Origin: Dimorphilus gyrociliatus
Lineage: Eukaryota; Animalia; Annelida
Assembly (NCBI GenBank): GCA_904063045.1
Contig: CAJFCJ010000007.1
Coordinates: 2,177,404 to 2,241,403, forward strand
Length of the DNA: 64,000 nucleotides
Direction of reading: 5' to 3'
Below the pieces are notes generated by a model. The model had not been told where the DNA came from. It ran no database searches and saw only the letters and a list, made by a program, of their open reading frames with translations. The translations under genes and the position numbers were made by a program. Below, piece by piece: positions 48,987 through 63,300 of the stretch. Positions within the stretch are counted from its first letter, which is position 1, and every line of letters starts with the position of its first letter.

Positions 48987-51089
48987 TCATTTACAAGTGT
49001 AAAACTTTTTATCTTCGTAACAGGTTTCGCATTTAACTTCACAGCACCAATGAAATTTACATTTGCATCTTTTCTTGATCCTTTGAACCGTAACCTTAGC
49101 ACCCCTTCCACAGCAGAGCATCTTACATGAACCCTTTTTCAATGAATCATTAATGCAGCGTCTACCTGTCGTTCCTAGAAATCCCTTTTTCCTATTCTTC
49201 TTGCAGAAATTCGGAGATTTATCAGTATGAACTAATTCTTTCTTTGTGATTGGTATATAATTGACTCGGGAATCTTTTCTTTTTAAATGATTCTTCTTAA
49301 TGTTCACTCTTATAGAACCTTCGTATCTTCTCTTCAGGAACTTTCCAACGTCTATTTTTATTTATTAAAAGGAAATAATTGAATTGATTAAAACGAAAAC
49401 TGAAAAAAAAGAATGCTTACTTGAAAAACGGGGTAACGATTGCCAACAAGTTCTAACCTCGCAAGAACCAGACACTCCGTGACAACGACATTTTCTTTCC
49501 ATCAATCTTTTGACTGTCTGTGAGGCAATAAATAAGGCACATATATATATAAAATTAAAGAAAAGATATTGTCGAACGTTTTCAATGAGGGTCGTAAAGT
49601 TCGCTTTTAATTTCAGCCCAATTGAATCTTTTCAATTGGAGCATTTTTACGCCATACAATTATGCCTTTGAATCAAGTATTCAATCCGCTCTCACGTACT
49701 TGTTATTGTTTTTCTTCTATTTCTAACGAAGAACACACACGCGCAAATAGCCTCGAAAGCTAGTTTATCGATCAAGAAAAATAACTGTGGTCAAAAGACG
49801 AAATGAAATAGATCTATCGCCCTTTCCCACCCCCTTGTCCAATAAAAAGATATACACTGTGTGATATAGATTTAGTAAGCTATATTATTCTTTGTTTTTT
49901 AAGTAAATACATATGTAGAAGATACATTCTTTGTATTAATCCATAATGGAATGCGAACGATGCGAGCCGATGATCGACTCTTATCGGGCGGAGCTCACCT
50001 CTCCGATAACCCTAATCTGTACATGTAATTTCTTCGTCGAGCGTTGAGTGATATATGCTGTTCGACACAGGTGTTAAACACAAAACACGTGCCGCTTCAC
50101 TAATTTTTTCACGTTTCCGATGAGAAGAAACGAGGTTGTTGACGAAACGTGAGGCGGCTATCGTTTCTTACTGGGGCATTAAGTCGTTCTTTAGGCGAGA
50201 GTCAATAAGAATGTACGGGAATTTTGCATATATATTGCTTTTTTTTTTCAACCCTACGTCTACCTATTTAAATATATTTCTTCAAATCGACTAACCTCTC
50301 TTCCAACGTCATTATTATGCAAATTAGCCATCTTCCTAGTTAACAACTTTTTCAATACCTTTTTCGCAGTATGATTTAAATTGGATCCAGGCTCATTTAT
50401 AATTTTTTTTATTGTCTGCTTATTTGACCAGTCAACGAATTTTTTCGTGAAACGTTCCGCAAAACCAACGTTGTCGCTACAACCGGACCAAGAAAACGAA
50501 CCGTCGTAACCAACTTCTCCGTCTCTCGATGTATCACATGAACAGGCTGAAAGATTTCCGGCTGAGCAGGATTTCGTAAGCATATGCACAAGGCTTGCTG
50601 AGGATATTGCTAAAAGAAAGGCATTCTCCTTAGTCCCCTCTTTCCAAGTAGGACCAAATATTGAATAAGATGCGTTCGACGATGTACTACAATTCCATTG
50701 TTCGTATCTAAATTGTCGTTGGCACTCCCTTATCGCTGATTTACCACCCTCTTGAACGCTTCGTATAGCGTTTGGATATTTATCGCATAATTCTAGTTGA
50801 CCAACATTCACTTCTGGTATGGTTCGGCAAAGAGAAACAAGGGAATTTCGTGAAACAGAAGCTGCGCTTGATGCCGACAAAAGCCTAAAGGGGAAGAGAA
50901 TATCATTGAAATTTATCTTATCGCAAAAATAGAAGAAACAGAAGCTCTTTTATAGAACACTCTCCTCCAACTAAATAATATGTCATATAAGATTAAAAAG
51001 ATATAAAGTTGTACTTACAGCCAACTCGGTTGCGAATATCGGAAACAGAGCAATAAAATTAATTCGGTAAGAGGATAGTTTGCCATCAT
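48987..51089 (-). CDS. WNT16: Wnt ligand, most similar to Wnt16; exons 51089-51019, 50884-50296, 49517-49421, 49351-48987
   Basis: [56 protein letters not shown]-x2-RTCW (palmitoleoylated Ser present), [19 protein letters not shown]...TCK*. Subfamily assigned from recalled motifs. Confidence 0.85.
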
Positions 51090-53002
51090 CGTTAAACGGC
51101 GATCTAATGTCGACTTTAGAGGATTTTCTCGTGTTTTTGCTCTATTTCGTATTTGCAAAGCGCACACTAGACTAATCAATTGGGTTTAATCAAGCCAATT
51201 AACTCTGTTATAATGGGTTAAATTAACCGAGTAGTCCAAAGCATTCGGCGGCACTCAGCCAAAAGAAGCCGCTTCTTTAACAAGTTGGTCACTTTGTAAG
51301 CAAACACACCAATATACAGTTTTTTTCGTTTGAGCTATCTATTGAATAAACATTCGGCAATATCGGTCATTCATTGGATAAAAACTTTTGAAGCTCCGCC
51401 CACTAAAAGATTCCAACATTGAAACGCAATGAAAAGCGTTATAATTCGTAGCTTTCTTTGAAAAACCTAACGCCTACAGGCGATAGAATATCTCGATTAA
51501 AGGTAGAATTGATTTTATATTATTTCTGTCCCTGAAGGGTTTTAACTTGTAAAGACGGTCGACAATTACGTAACATTTGACAAAAAAGCCTTTCATTTTT
51601 AGACCACCCGAAGTACCCGATTGCATAGCTGAAAATCTCTCCAGCTGTTAATTAATGACCAGGGCCATTTATTTGATCCGCTAAGGATCTTTTTTAAATA
51701 AACTCATGAAAGATATATACCGAAAAGGAATTTTTTTCTCTTATATATCTTTTAATATAGCCTGTATCAGATTGTAATCACGCCGTACGTGCCCCAAGCG
51801 TATATATTGTATATATTAGATTGATTTTAACAACAGATCAAATCACATAAAAAAATCTTATAAGAAAAAAAACAACAATAATAGAGGGTTATTTAAATTT
51901 TATCACCTCATTCTTATCCCGGAAGTGAAGAGGTGAATAAGATTTTTACATTCTTCTGGATATAAAATAGATCTTATTATAACTTTATTTTTTTTTTAAA
52001 ATGCATTTTTTTATGTTTAATGTTCGTTTAGAACGACTTTTTTTGAAAAGATCTTTTGCTGTTGTTACAAACTTTACTGGAACGTAACAAATTGTAAACA
52101 AAACAAAATTTTACGATGGTCCACTTTTTTTTGAATAACCTAGAAAAAAAGAGGAGTTTTTAAAGAAATACTGTTTATTCAAGTGATAAAAATAGTTTTT
52201 GTTCAGGTTTTTCATTCAATATTTATAAATGGAAAAAAAAGGAAGAGAAAAGAAGAAGAAAAAGAAGAGAGAAAGAGAGAGAGAATTATAATGAAAACTC
52301 ATTTCTATAGCTTTGTTTGTATTCTTTTTTTATAATCCTGTATCAAAATATCAATACCTGTTTTTTTTTTTCATAAAGCTGGCGCGAAAATATAATTAGA
52401 CGCCAGAGACGCTCAGCGTCGAATGCAAATTCAACATGTCCTCTGTCACGTGATTTCGTAGGAGTTTCTTTGCAGAAACACGAATGGCGCCGTATTGACA
52501 ATAGGTAACATCTGTTATCTTAACTTACCTTTCATTGCAATCTGATCAACCTATTCATTAGATTACGTAATATAGACGGCTTTCAATAACCAACGATTTA
52601 GAGTGACTTTTAATTTTTATTCTACCCGAATTAAGTTATCTTATATAATTATGACGGTTATTTTAAGCCGATTATATCTACCTACGTGCTTGCATATATT
52701 ATTCAGATAAAGAATGATGTAGTTTTTAAAAGAGAGAGTATGCATTTTATATTAAGAATATATATGTGTTTAGTAAAATAACATATTCTTTACTGTATCC
52801 ATAGAAACCTCTCTATCATTTATATATATATATATATATTTATATACTGTATATATGTGTTTGTATGTTTGCAAAGGCTATAAATATACAGTTATAGATA
52901 GACATAGACAGCTATATGAATTTCGTAAATTGAATGGTAAATAGGATTAATCATCCTCTTTTTAATGTGATGCTTAGAGAGTACAATATATATATATAGA
53001 TA

Positions 53003-53010
53003 TATTAGTA

Positions 53011-53050
<40 letters not shown>
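53003..53050 (+). repeat. (TA)n microsatellite
   Basis: Long TA run upstream of the neuropeptide-like CDS. Confidence 0.9.
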
Positions 53051-53056
<6 letters not shown>

Positions 53057-53179
53057 ATTTACACATATGCATTCTATATAAATCAGATTGTACTGATGAG
53101 AGTTAGATATTCGCTTTAAGGAGAGTGCAAGTAAATGGATATTTTGTAATTTACACATCTCTTTTGCAGGCTGTCTGGA

Positions 53180-53929
53180 ATGAAAGCAGCCGTTACGTTG
53201 TTCATTTTTTTCGTATTTTTGGCCCTGAATCAAGCCGCTCCGCAGGCTAAAGTTCGCGTAAAACGGGCCCTGGAGCAGCTGGAATATGGAAACCATCAGA
53301 ATAGACCCAGAGTAAAAAAAGCGGATCCGAATGTGCCGCAGAAGCTTATGCCGCCTAATCCCATAGCCACAAAACGACTGGAAGAGACTAAATCGCCGGC
53401 TCCAGTAACAAAAGTGGAGAGTGATAAAGCTGCTAAGTCAGATGTTGCAATCGTACCCAAGGAAAAGACAGTCGAAGAGGATAAGGAATTGAGTGATATC
53501 TATGATTGGCTTATGAAGAGTATGAAGCCGGAAATGAGAACAAATTGGAGAAAGAAAAGGTCTTCGGCAACTGCAGAGGATATGTCAGGCGCCCCCGTAC
53601 AGGCTCGTTCAAAACGCTCTCTCTACTATGATTTGCCAATGGATGTTTACGAAGATGAGATTCCATTCGACGATGACGAGACTTATCCATCGCTCTACGA
53701 TTGGAAAGATCCTTACGAATATTATGAAAACTCTGAATATCCAACCTCTGACAGCCTCATTCCAGAAGACGAGGAAGATATCTCAGAGCTCTATGGATAT
53801 AAATCGGAACCAACGTGGAAACGAGCAGCCCCTTATGGATTATATGATACTGTTAGTGAGAAAAGGAGTAGAGAGGAGGCAATGAATCGTCTCTATGCTT
53901 TGGCTTATAGATTGGGTAAAAAGAAGTAA
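53180..53929 (+). CDS. Secreted neuropeptide/granin-like precursor
   Basis: Signal peptide MKAAVTLFIFFVFLALNQA, multiple convertase sites (RVKR, RVKK, RKKR, RSKR, KR, KR), acidic Tyr-rich spacer, and C-terminal ...YRL-GKKK amidation signal. Single coding exon preceded by an acceptor (TTTTGCAG). Confidence 0.82.
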   Translation: MKAAVTLFIFFVFLALNQAAPQAKVRVKRALEQLEYGNHQNRPRVKKADPNVPQKLMPPNPIATKRLEETKSPAPVTKVESDKAAKSDVAIVPKEKTVEEDKELSDIYDWLMKSMKPEMRTNWRKKRSSATAEDMSGAPVQARSKRSLYYDLPMDVYEDEIPFDDDETYPSLYDWKDPYEYYENSEYPTSDSLIPEDEEDISELYGYKSEPTWKRAAPYGLYDTVSEKRSREEAMNRLYALAYRLGKKK

Positions 53930-54166
53930 ATCTAAAAATAGCTCATTAATTAAAAGAATAGCGAACTCGGAATTCTTAATGAGAATAAAAAAAAAAACGA
54001 CCATCTGAGTATATTAATATGTTTATTTTAAGTGAATAGCTTAGTAAATATCATAATTACTAAGAATATCGAATGAGCAGATATATGTCAGGTCGACCTA
54101 GAACGACATGCATGTATAAGTGTTGTACATTCGACAAGAAATATTGCATTAAAAAACAAAAATAAT

Positions 54167-56079
54167 TTACTGAAAATCTTGGCGGTTTAAATTGAGAAAC
54201 TCTAAAGCGTTTTTGGCGAGCAGTTTATCCTAAAAAATAGGAAAATATCATGTAAGTTACACACCTATAATCATAATAACAATAATAATATTTATTATTA
54301 TTATTATATTACGAGATGATTATTATTTCTAATCTTAAATGTAAATCATTCTTACTTTTATGTCGTCGGAAAATTCGACAATTGATTCGATGGTCTTTCC
54401 CGGTGGCCATTCGGCAAGGGGGAACGGATAATCTGTCCCCAGAAGGACCTTTTTCTAATAGATGGATAAAAAGTATAAATATCACTATTATTATTTCTGC
54501 ATATAAACTTAATAATGCTTTGGCGTATGGATAAATTGTAGGAAGAGAGCATTAGTATGCATGGAGGGGGAGAGTTAATTTATTTCTGTAGAGTTTAAAA
54601 GAAAACTTACTTCTCCCATAACTTCAACCAAATGCATTAACGCCTTACTGTCGTGAACTAATGAGTCAGTATAAAATTTCCCGATAAAGTCACGAGGATT
54701 AGCTTCGCAATCGACTGCGCACAAATCTGGCCTTACATTAAATCCTTTCTCGATTCGGCCTATAGTAAAGGGAAACGCGCCTCCCCCATGAGCGAAACAA
54801 ATTTTTAAATTCGGAAAACGTTCCAATACACCTCCCATTAGAACACTGCAAATTGCAGTAGTTGTTTCGGCTGGCATACCAACTAGCCAAGGTAGAAAAT
54901 ATTTGCTCATTCTACCGCATTGTTCCATATCCCAAGGATGTACGAAAATGCTCATTTCTAATCTCTCCGCTTCCTTAAAAGCAGAATAAAAAGAGTAATT
55001 AGTTTACTAAAGGAAGCGTAGTCCTAACAAACATATAAAGCATAATGCAAAAAGAACATACAGCGAAAAAAGGTTGCAGCTGTTCGGCATCCAAATTCCA
55101 GTCGTTAACGTGTGATCCGATTTGGACTCCTGGGAAGCCTAATTCATTCTTGCATCGTCTTAATTCCTCAATCGCAAGTTTGGGCTCTTGCATCGGCACA
55201 GATCCGAGACCAACAAATCTCTTTGGATATTTTCGAGTATGAGAAGCAATGTTATCGTTGCAGAGCTTACACAAATCCAATGTATCTTCCGGCTTTGCCT
55301 GCACGCCATTTATATTTGTTATTATTACATTACATCTAATATCTATGTATAACTAAGTAACACGTATAGAAAAGGCGCTCTCTTCTGTCCCTTTGAGCTA
55401 TAGACCTATTATTCATGTAGCTCAATTGCTTAGACAATTTAGCAATAAAGAATTATTAATTTTCTCTTGAAATATCTTCTCATATATGAGGTGATCTTAG
55501 CAGTTTTAATAAATAAGCATCTGGACTTCTACTATTGATTGATTTTTTTTTTACATACTGTACAAGTTATATATAGTGTTATGCAGTAAATTTACTGTAA
55601 TTTTTATCTCTCTCTTTTTTTTAACGATCATATTAGCTCTATATGTTTTTCTCTCTTATTATTAACATCTTATATCTTCCATCTACTGATATATTATAGT
55701 TTATAGAGAGAAAAAGTCGTATTTGTCAGATAGTGATAAATGCGCTATTTACCCAATAACTGAACATAACAGGAACGGTCGATAAAGCTTGAATGTCAAT
55801 TCCGTTAGCATTCATTTCCTCTAATCTTTTCTCAATAGACCAACAATTCTCGTCAACGACTCGAAATAATTTATCGTCCATCATCATACGCCCATGATGG
55901 CCGTCGTTATCTTTTTCCAATTGTATCCAACCACCATAGCCATATTTCTTAGAATATTTTAAAACGGTATTAAAGATTTCATAGGTATATATTTTGATAT
56001 TTTTAATATAAAAGATAATTACATCTTTTAGATTTGGCCATGAATCTGGAAGAATATGATTATGTATATCGATTTTCAT
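54167..56079 (-). CDS. ACMSD: 2-amino-3-carboxymuconate-6-semialdehyde decarboxylase, multi-exon
   Basis: [79 protein letters not shown], ending NRQDFQ*. Confidence 0.95.
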
Positions 56080-56278
56080 TCTTCTAGTATAAATTACTAA
56101 ATGCTCTGTAGTACAAATTTAAATAATATAGACGGTAAAAGTGTGGGAAAGAACAACTTCTTACTTCAAACAAGATGTCTTTTTGTAAGTAAGGATATCC
56201 TTCTCTTCCCTTTGTCTTTTACTTTCTCTTGTATTCTTCTCTCCAATCCCACAATGCGAGAATAGACTTAGAAGAGCG

Positions 56279-56285
56279 TATATAC

Positions 56286-56330
<45 letters not shown>
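56279..56330 (+). repeat. (TA)n microsatellite
   Basis: Long TA run between the head-to-head ACMSD and ALKBH5 genes. Confidence 0.9.
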
Positions 56331-56332
<2 letters not shown>

Positions 56333-56419
56333 AAGTATTTATTTAAACTAGAAAAAAGGCACACTCTATATTCTACTATAATTAGAACAAGCGAAAATAT
56401 AGAATTACAAGCCAGATAA

Positions 56420-57587
<1,168 letters not shown>

Positions 57588-58068
57588 TTTTTCCATTTTT
57601 CCAGCAATTAAACTACAGCATGCAAAACTATCAGAGATTATCTTCTAGTCGTTAAGTGTACACAATATCACTTCAAGTTACTCTCTTTGTCCTTCATTGT
57701 TTACCTTAAATCGTCTTATAAAAAGCTGTTATATTTGGTGTGTTATACTTTTTTTTATTATCAACTAACAAACAAACCACTTATGAACTGCGGATAAAAA
57801 TATCATTTTTACGACCTTGAAAGAAGTTTCTTTCAAGGTCCTTCTATAAATTTAATAGATCATATTGCATACGAGAAGAATAAGGACAAAAAATTGCGAA
57901 AATATTTAGATAGGTTTTTTTCATAATACGTTTATCTAGAAAAAACAATATCATTAATTCAATATCTTTGTTGAGCATAAATTTAATATTCGGCGTTCTC
58001 TTACATCAAATAACAAAGAATTTTAGGTTTATTTCATTCTTCTCAATTATTACTGCACAACAGAACAA

Positions 58069-61000
58069 CTAATTCGAAAAAGTGATTTTTTCAAGTTCTT
58101 TCATAATGTAGCAAGCTTTACTTTTCATCGAATCATCCTGCAGGTTAATCCTTTCTAATTCAAGAAACAGCCTTTTGTTTGCACTTCTGAGTTCATAGAT
58201 GGCTGAGGCAACTAACGTTGATTCAATGTTCATTTCTCTGCTGGTATATTCGAATGCCAATAGTTTATTTTCGACACCCTTTCTCTCAAGTTCCAGAAGA
58301 TTTCGAATTCCCACTTGAAGTGCTTTGAGAGTTCTAAGATTATCTTCACTCCAAGGAATAGACTGTCTCGTAAAAATAGTATATATTAATTTTTAGTTAG
58401 TTGTCACTTAAGTATTCACTTACACAGTCTCTCCCTACTTGACGTGGGCTTTCGACAGGCTCAAGTCCGTATTCACATTCGTTTTCATTATTATTCACTT
58501 CGTTGTTTCTATCGTTGTTCTCTTCATCCTGTCTATCGTGGTCAGTTTTAATAATATTTTCGCTACATTTCTCGTTGTTATTTTCGTTATCATTCTCGTT
58601 ATCGTTTTCATCATTTTTCTCGCTATAGTTCTCAACATCATTTCCATTACCATTGTCCTTGTTATTGTTTTTGTTATTGTCATTGTTGTTGTCATTATCA
58701 TTACCATTATTGACTTCGTTTTCGCTTTCGTTTTTAATTTCAAAACGGAAACGATCATTTGGTTCGTGCCTCGGCCGGTTAGAACTACCAGACATTTTAT
58801 GTGTATGATTAAACTCTTTAGGTTTGGATGGATCGCTACGATCTCTGTTTTGCTGAACATCTGGATTTTTTGACGAATAAGGGTCATTTCTCTCATTTCT
58901 GGACTGCTGGGGAGTGTTTACGTCATCATAATCTAAATTTCCAAAGTTATATTGGGGCTGTTGATGCTGCTGTCTTGGTTGAAAGTGCGTACTCCTTGTA
59001 TTATTAGTCGAGTCGGGAGTAACCGCAAACTTTTTTCCAAAGAGTGTAGTTTGACCTCTTTGACTATCAGTCGACGGGCTCTTTCCAAATGCGAGGTCTT
59101 GATTACGGGAGGGGTTATCACTCTGTCGACCAAATAGTCCTTGCTGTTGACGATAGTTCGCTTGAGTTTTAATTCCAAACTCCGGAATAGGTTCTTGGTT
59201 TATATTGGCAACTTCAGGAGCATCGAGATCAACGTGAGGTCTATATCGGGGCTGCAAAATTCAAATTCATCGAGTATATCACAAGTTTTATAGATGTTTT
59301 CTTGTAATTGAAAGAAAAAAGAGTTTAATACTTACGTGCATACCAAAAACAAATTTCCTATTTCGTTCGATTGATGCGTTAGGATTTTCAATTGGGTATT
59401 GAAAATTAAATTGTTTTCTCATGTTTCGAGAAGATTTTAATTTTTCTTGAAAATGTCTGTTGTTATTATTATTGTCAAATCTCCTGTTGTCTCTATTATC
59501 TCTTTCTTTTCGTTTATAAAAATCATGTCGAGCCGGCTCGCTAGATCGTTCATTATCTTTCTTGAAATAATTTCCTCGCAGACTCCTTGTTAAATTTATA
59601 TCTCTAATATCAATTATGCTCTGTCTTTGAAGTGTGTTACCATCATTATCTGTTTTTGTTTCCTTTTCAGTGAAATTTTGCTTAGGTTGAAAACGGTCGA
59701 TGTCCTCAAATTTCTTTCGCTTATAATTTTGCTTTTGATCAGTTTCGCGGCTTTCCCCTAATTGTGATCTCTTTTTTGCAAGTTCCTTATCACCGGAACA
59801 ACTTTTTTCAGTACTTTTCAATTTGTTTCTCTGATCTTGTTTTTCAGTCATCTTTTGTCTTCTTCTCTCTCGAGCGCGGCCTAATATTATATCATCGTTT
59901 ATTATTTATTAATAACACAGAGAACAAAAGTGAATAAATGACTTACGTCTTTTCCAAGCGTCTATCACTTTTCTATCCTCTAAGAAATCCATAACTTCTG
60001 CCAATTTATTAGCTACAACGGCCTTATCTACGTTCTCGATAGCCTAGAAAAATGTGTCTTTTATAAGTATACAATAAGTAATGGACAATAAATAACTAAC
60101 TGAATGATGTGTCGGGGTAGTTAGATGCAGCAAGTATTCTTCCCGAGATTCAAAGTTAATTCTGCATACCTAATTATTGATATGTATATGTTGGCTTAGG
60201 CCACGAATGGACTATTAAAGTGATATAGTTACTTTGCATTTGTGTCCATATTTGGAGGAATAAGAATTTGACTCCAAAAATTGACTAGGATATGTTGACT
60301 TTCCAGTAACTGCTCGTAGTTTCAAAATGTGTAAACTTCCCTTGCAGTGGAACTCAAATGACTGAAGAAGATAATGAAAAGTTTTGGATTAGCAGCACGT
60401 ACTATTCAAAAACTCTTTTAGTTACATTTAGAGAAGTGAAGGTTAAGGTACATAATTTACAATCAAAGGTCATTCTCTGGCCCTCAGCTTCATCACTGTC
60501 GCTCCCTTCCATTAGCACTTCGCATATTTCTTGCTGTTTAACGTCGTATGAAAACTTAAATGTAGAACTTTTTTTTTCTGGAAAAGTATACGTAAGTTCA
60601 AAAATAAAGACTTATTACAATGTTTATAAGCACAGTACGTAGTAACACAAGTGAGTAGTACTCAATTTATGACAAAAAATGTACTCAAATGCAGTTATGT
60701 TTGGCACAATAATTTTACGTATGCTTATCTACAACCTTTCGGGTTTTCCTCTGAATCTATCTTTTCTGTTTTAACAACAGATCCGAATTGATACTGTTGA
60801 CTCTGTGTTTCGCGGAGCTTGCTTCTATCTTCTTCTGTAGTTGAAAAAGAACACTGGATTATTTATTTATAGTACATAATGAGATAAAATTACGGTTATT
60901 ATTGTCAGCGTTTTTTATGTAATCTTCAATAATATCACTGCAATTATCTAGCTCCTCTATATTTTCATCAGATGCGTAAGAAGTGTCTTTTATATTTGCT

Positions 61001-61770
61001 ATTCTGAAAAAATATAAAGTGCTTAATTCGATCTTTTTTTACATGTACATACTTTGTATCAATCTCTTCCATATCTTTCATTATCACTTTGTCCTTTTCT
61101 CGATCAATCTGAAGTAGAAGGAATTGAATACTACAACTGTCTTACCCTAATAAATTTTTATTAACCATTTCGTCGCGTCTTAAACGTTCAAAGTCGTTAT
61201 CAACTGACTGCTCGTCAATAACATAATTGGCTTGAACGGTTGGATCATCATAAGCTTTGATTTTACCACATTTAGTACAACTTTCCTCAGAATGGAAGTT
61301 GAAATTATGACATGACCTAAAAATGTTTAAGAGGAATTATAAGAGTAAAGGAATTAAAAAATTTAAACAAGAAATGTATTAATATACATGCAACTCCAGT
61401 CGCCCTGTTGCCCATAATGCTTTACCCTATTGTCAATAGTATACCCGCAGTGCATGCAAACAGAGTCTTTTAATAAAATAATTGACGTGCAGACCCTGGA
61501 ATACATAAAATTATGTAAAAGTACATCAAATACGAATAGTCGATTTATTTACGGGCATTTCCAGTCTCCACGCTGGATGCCTTCAAACTCCTGGATGGAA
61601 GACATTTTGGGCGAATTAGATTTTGGTAGTTCAACAAGTTTTCCTGTGTTCGGATTGAACCTTTTACACGAATCTGTCATTTTGCTTTCACAAACAACAC
61701 ATTGCAGTGTCGTCCCAAGGTTCCATTCGTCACAGTTAAGGCATAGCCAGTCATTGTCGATATCACTCAT
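58069..61770 (-). CDS. Multi-exon protein with two RanBP2-type zinc fingers, a matrin/U1-type C2H2 finger and N/D/R-rich low-complexity regions
   Basis: WLCLNCDEWNLGTTLQCVVC; GDWKCP|...SCHNFNFHSEESCTKC; spliced HKCK|VCRINFESREEYLLHLTTPTHH. ORFs 59288-59851, 58397-59257 and 58069-58314 link through phase-compatible GT-AG junctions. Confidence 0.68.
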
Positions 61771-62253
61771 GTTTCCACGAGGAAATTACTTCGAGTGAAC
61801 GAAGCCGCCTAAATTGAACAAAACGAAAGTATTAATTCAGAGCATATGTCAATAATAAGATAGCTTTATGGATGAAATATTGAGTACAAAATGAGGCAAA
61901 ATTTTATCTTAAAAACTAAATATATATTTGGTTTATTTATTCAACGCTTGCACAACTTTAAATTACCCTTTGCAAACTACAACTTTTAATAATTAACATA
62001 CAATCACTTTTAGCTCACCAAAGTTACTTTTTCTCTATGAAAAACTCTTTAAATCTGACTGAATGGCTTTGCGCAACTTTTATGAAAACGCGCTGAAACG
62101 GAATTATGGGATACACAAATGAACCGCGTGCCTCCGGTTTCTTGTTGAAAGAATATTTTGCATTTATTACCAGTTTTTCGTAGGAATAATTCTATTTCCT
62201 GTAGTATTTTCGTTTATATTGCGTTTCGAAAACAAGCAGGATCAAACAGCAAA

Positions 62254-62973
62254 ATGGGGAAAGGTTACCATAATTATATGTCAAAAAAGTTCTTTCATCC
62301 TGATAGTGCAGAAAATATTAAAAAAGTATGGATGGCCCGAGAAAAAGATAAGTATGATCGAAAAAAAGAAGAGGATAGTATAAATCAGTATAAACGTGAA
62401 CAAGAACTAATTGAGCATCGAGTTTTACTGGGAGACGAAAAAGCCAAATTAGGTCTATCCTTTATGTACGATGCTCCACCAGGCTTGAAAAAGGAAGAAG
62501 AAGAACTGGAACCTCAAAAAGAATATAAATTCGAATGGCAAAGAAAATATAACGCTCCAAGAGAAGCTTTCGCTAAAAATGATGAAACTATTCTCGATCA
62601 ACCATTTGGTATAGAAGTCAGAAATGTTCGTTGCATAAAATGTCACCAATGGGGTCATATGAATACGGATAACCTATGTCCATTCTTTAAGAAAAATCTT
62701 ACTGCTGAACCACCTCAACCTGGAAAAGAAGAGCAAGAAGAGAAAAAGGAAGAAAACGATGAAGAATTTCAAAGAAAATTAATAATGAAGCCAGACAAAA
62801 GAGATTTGATGCCTAAAAAGGAAAATGAAAAATTAGAATTCGAAGACGACGATACAAATGCATTTTTAAGAACTTTGACCGATAAGCAAAAGAAGAAACT
62901 GCTGAAAAAATTAGAAAAACGTAGTAAGAAGGAGAAAAAGAAGAAGAAACATAAACACCGTCATAGAGATTAA
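62254..62973 (+). CDS. CIR1: CIR1 (corepressor interacting with RBPJ 1)-like, intronless
   Basis: [28 protein letters not shown] (Cir_N), [48 protein letters not shown]. Confidence 0.93.
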   Translation: MGKGYHNYMSKKFFHPDSAENIKKVWMAREKDKYDRKKEEDSINQYKREQELIEHRVLLGDEKAKLGLSFMYDAPPGLKKEEEELEPQKEYKFEWQRKYNAPREAFAKNDETILDQPFGIEVRNVRCIKCHQWGHMNTDNLCPFFKKNLTAEPPQPGKEEQEEKKEENDEEFQRKLIMKPDKRDLMPKKENEKLEFEDDDTNAFLRTLTDKQKKKLLKKLEKRSKKEKKKKKHKHRHRD

Positions 62974-63300
62974 CATTTCATTATACTGATCTGTGTTGTA
63001 TAACTTTTATTAGAACAATAATTGCTGAAAACAAAAAAGTTATAACAATTTGAACTGTAGTCAAAACGTTTTTATATAATTGCAGGATTTATCTTATGAT
63101 TGTTTCAGCGCATATTTTTTTAACAACAGTAGACATCTCCATTAAAAATACATGTACTTTTTATATTACATATTTGATATGGAATTACAATAATACTCGG
63201 ATTATTTGAAATAAAAATGTAATGGATGCACTTTTTCTAATGACAAAGTAGCACTTAAAAGGTTTAATGGTGTATTATATTAACACTTTTCGCCGTATGG

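Noticed and set aside
49981-50009. Small hairpin TTATCGG...CCGATAA in the Wnt16 intron
   Set aside because: A 7-bp stem is too short for a miRNA precursor and is expected by chance.
55417-55434. GTAGCTCAATTGCTTAGA resembling a tRNA D-arm/A-box
   Set aside because: Lacks the invariant GG, with no B-box (GTTCRA) or acceptor stem downstream.
58439-58896. Ile/Val-rich and Met/Thr-rich ORFs
   Set aside because: Alternative-frame and antisense readings of the AAT/GAT-rich exon of the ZnF gene.
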